DNA of 34,279 nucleotides from an uncultured Gammaproteobacteria bacterium (GTDB lineage Bacteria; Patescibacteriota; Patescibacteriia; Buchananbacterales; UBA6539): NCBI GenBank assembly GCA_964470025.1, contig CAYXZR010000004.1, positions 17,551 to 51,829 of the forward strand, read 5' to 3'. Shown piece by piece: positions 33,493 to 34,279 of this stretch (position 1 is its first letter; each line of letters starts with the position of its first letter). The notes under the pieces were generated by a model. It saw only the letters and a program-made list of their open reading frames with translations, ran no database searches and was not told where the DNA came from. The position numbers and the translations under genes were made by a program.

Positions 33493-34279
33493 ATGGCAAT
33501 GTGGATTAAAAAAATTGGAATTGATTTAGGGACGACAAACTCACTGGTATATGTGCCAAAGCGGGGAATTGTGATCAATGAACCGTCTGTAGTGGCAGTA
33601 TCTGTTACTGATAAAAAAATATTGGCTGTAGGTAATGAGGCTAAAGAGATGCTTGGTCGTACTCCTGATACAATTATTGCTGTACGACCGATGAAGGACG
33701 GCGTGATTGCTGACTACAAAACTACTGCAGCGATGTTGCGATATTATGTCAACAAGGCACTAGGTGGTGTTCGATTGTTTCGACCAGAGGTCATGGTGGC
33801 GGTGCCAGCTGGAATTACGTCGACTGAGCGTCGCGCGGTTATTGATGCAACTATTGCTGCTGGAGCAAAGGCTGCATACATTATCAAAGAGCCAATTGTA
33901 GCGGCAATTGGAGCTGATATTCCTATTGGTTCTCCATCTGGTCATATGATTATCGATATTGGAGGTGGTACTTCGGAAGTTGCTGTGATTTCACTTGGTG
34001 GAATTGTGGCGTCAACTTCTGTTCGTATTGGTGGTAACCGTTTTGATATGGCAGTTGTTGAGTATATTAGACGTAAATATAATTTGGTTATTGGTGAACG
34101 AACTGCGGAGCGGGCCAAAATTGATATTGGTTCTGCAATGTTTTTGGATGAACCAATTGTTAAAGAAGTTCGTGGACGTGATGCTATTTCTGGATTACCT
34201 CGTACCATTACTATTGATTCAAATGATATTGCTGAATCACTTCAGCCAGAGATTGAAGGAATTATTCATGCGATTAAAG
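33493..34279 (+). CDS. mreB: Rod shape-determining protein MreB/Mbl, 3' end runs off the window
   Basis: Not in ORF track. MAMWIKKIGIDLGTTNSLVYVPKRGIVINEPSVVA..., RPMKDGVIAD and IDIGGGTSEVAVISLGG; start 33493 or 33499. Confidence 0.96.
   Translation, partial: MAMWIKKIGIDLGTTNSLVYVPKRGIVINEPSVVAVSVTDKKILAVGNEAKEMLGRTPDTIIAVRPMKDGVIADYKTTAAMLRYYVNKALGGVRLFRPEVMVAVPAGITSTERRAVIDATIAAGAKAAYIIKEPIVAAIGADIPIGSPSGHMIIDIGGGTSEVAVISLGGIVASTSVRIGGNRFDMAVVEYIRRKYNLVIGERTAERAKIDIGSAMFLDEPIVKEVRGRDAISGLPRTITIDSNDIAESLQPEIEGIIHAIK

Overview
AT-rich bacterial housekeeping region in the standard genetic code (TGA is used as a stop at 11461). Gene content and style suggest Patescibacteria/CPR (Parcubacteria-like); this is an inference. 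Contents in order: a truncated ABC exporter, tRNA-Glu(CUC), an MBL hydrolase, greA, typA, a PUR/DUF3276 nucleic-acid-binding gene with a structured leader, mgtC-like, a 4-TM holin-family gene, an NRAMP-like transporter, a MacAB-like ABC module, trhO, rodA, rplY, DUF3048, prmC-prfA-rpmE, rpsB-tsf, a lower-glycolysis cluster (gap, pgk, eno, two tandem gpmI), a DUF218 gene, three GT2 glycosyltransferases and a truncated mreB. No mobile element, CRISPR array or rRNA was seen. The most striking feature is missing from the ORF track: a 39-aa gene at 22963..23082 with five Cys-x-Cys motifs and its own promoter and terminator, a candidate new type of bacterial metallothionein lying between gap and pgk. 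Other points of note are a PGK with an altered substrate pocket, a Cys-free short L31, two N-deoxyribosyltransferase/DNPH1-fold genes, two structured leaders and many near-leaderless promoters.
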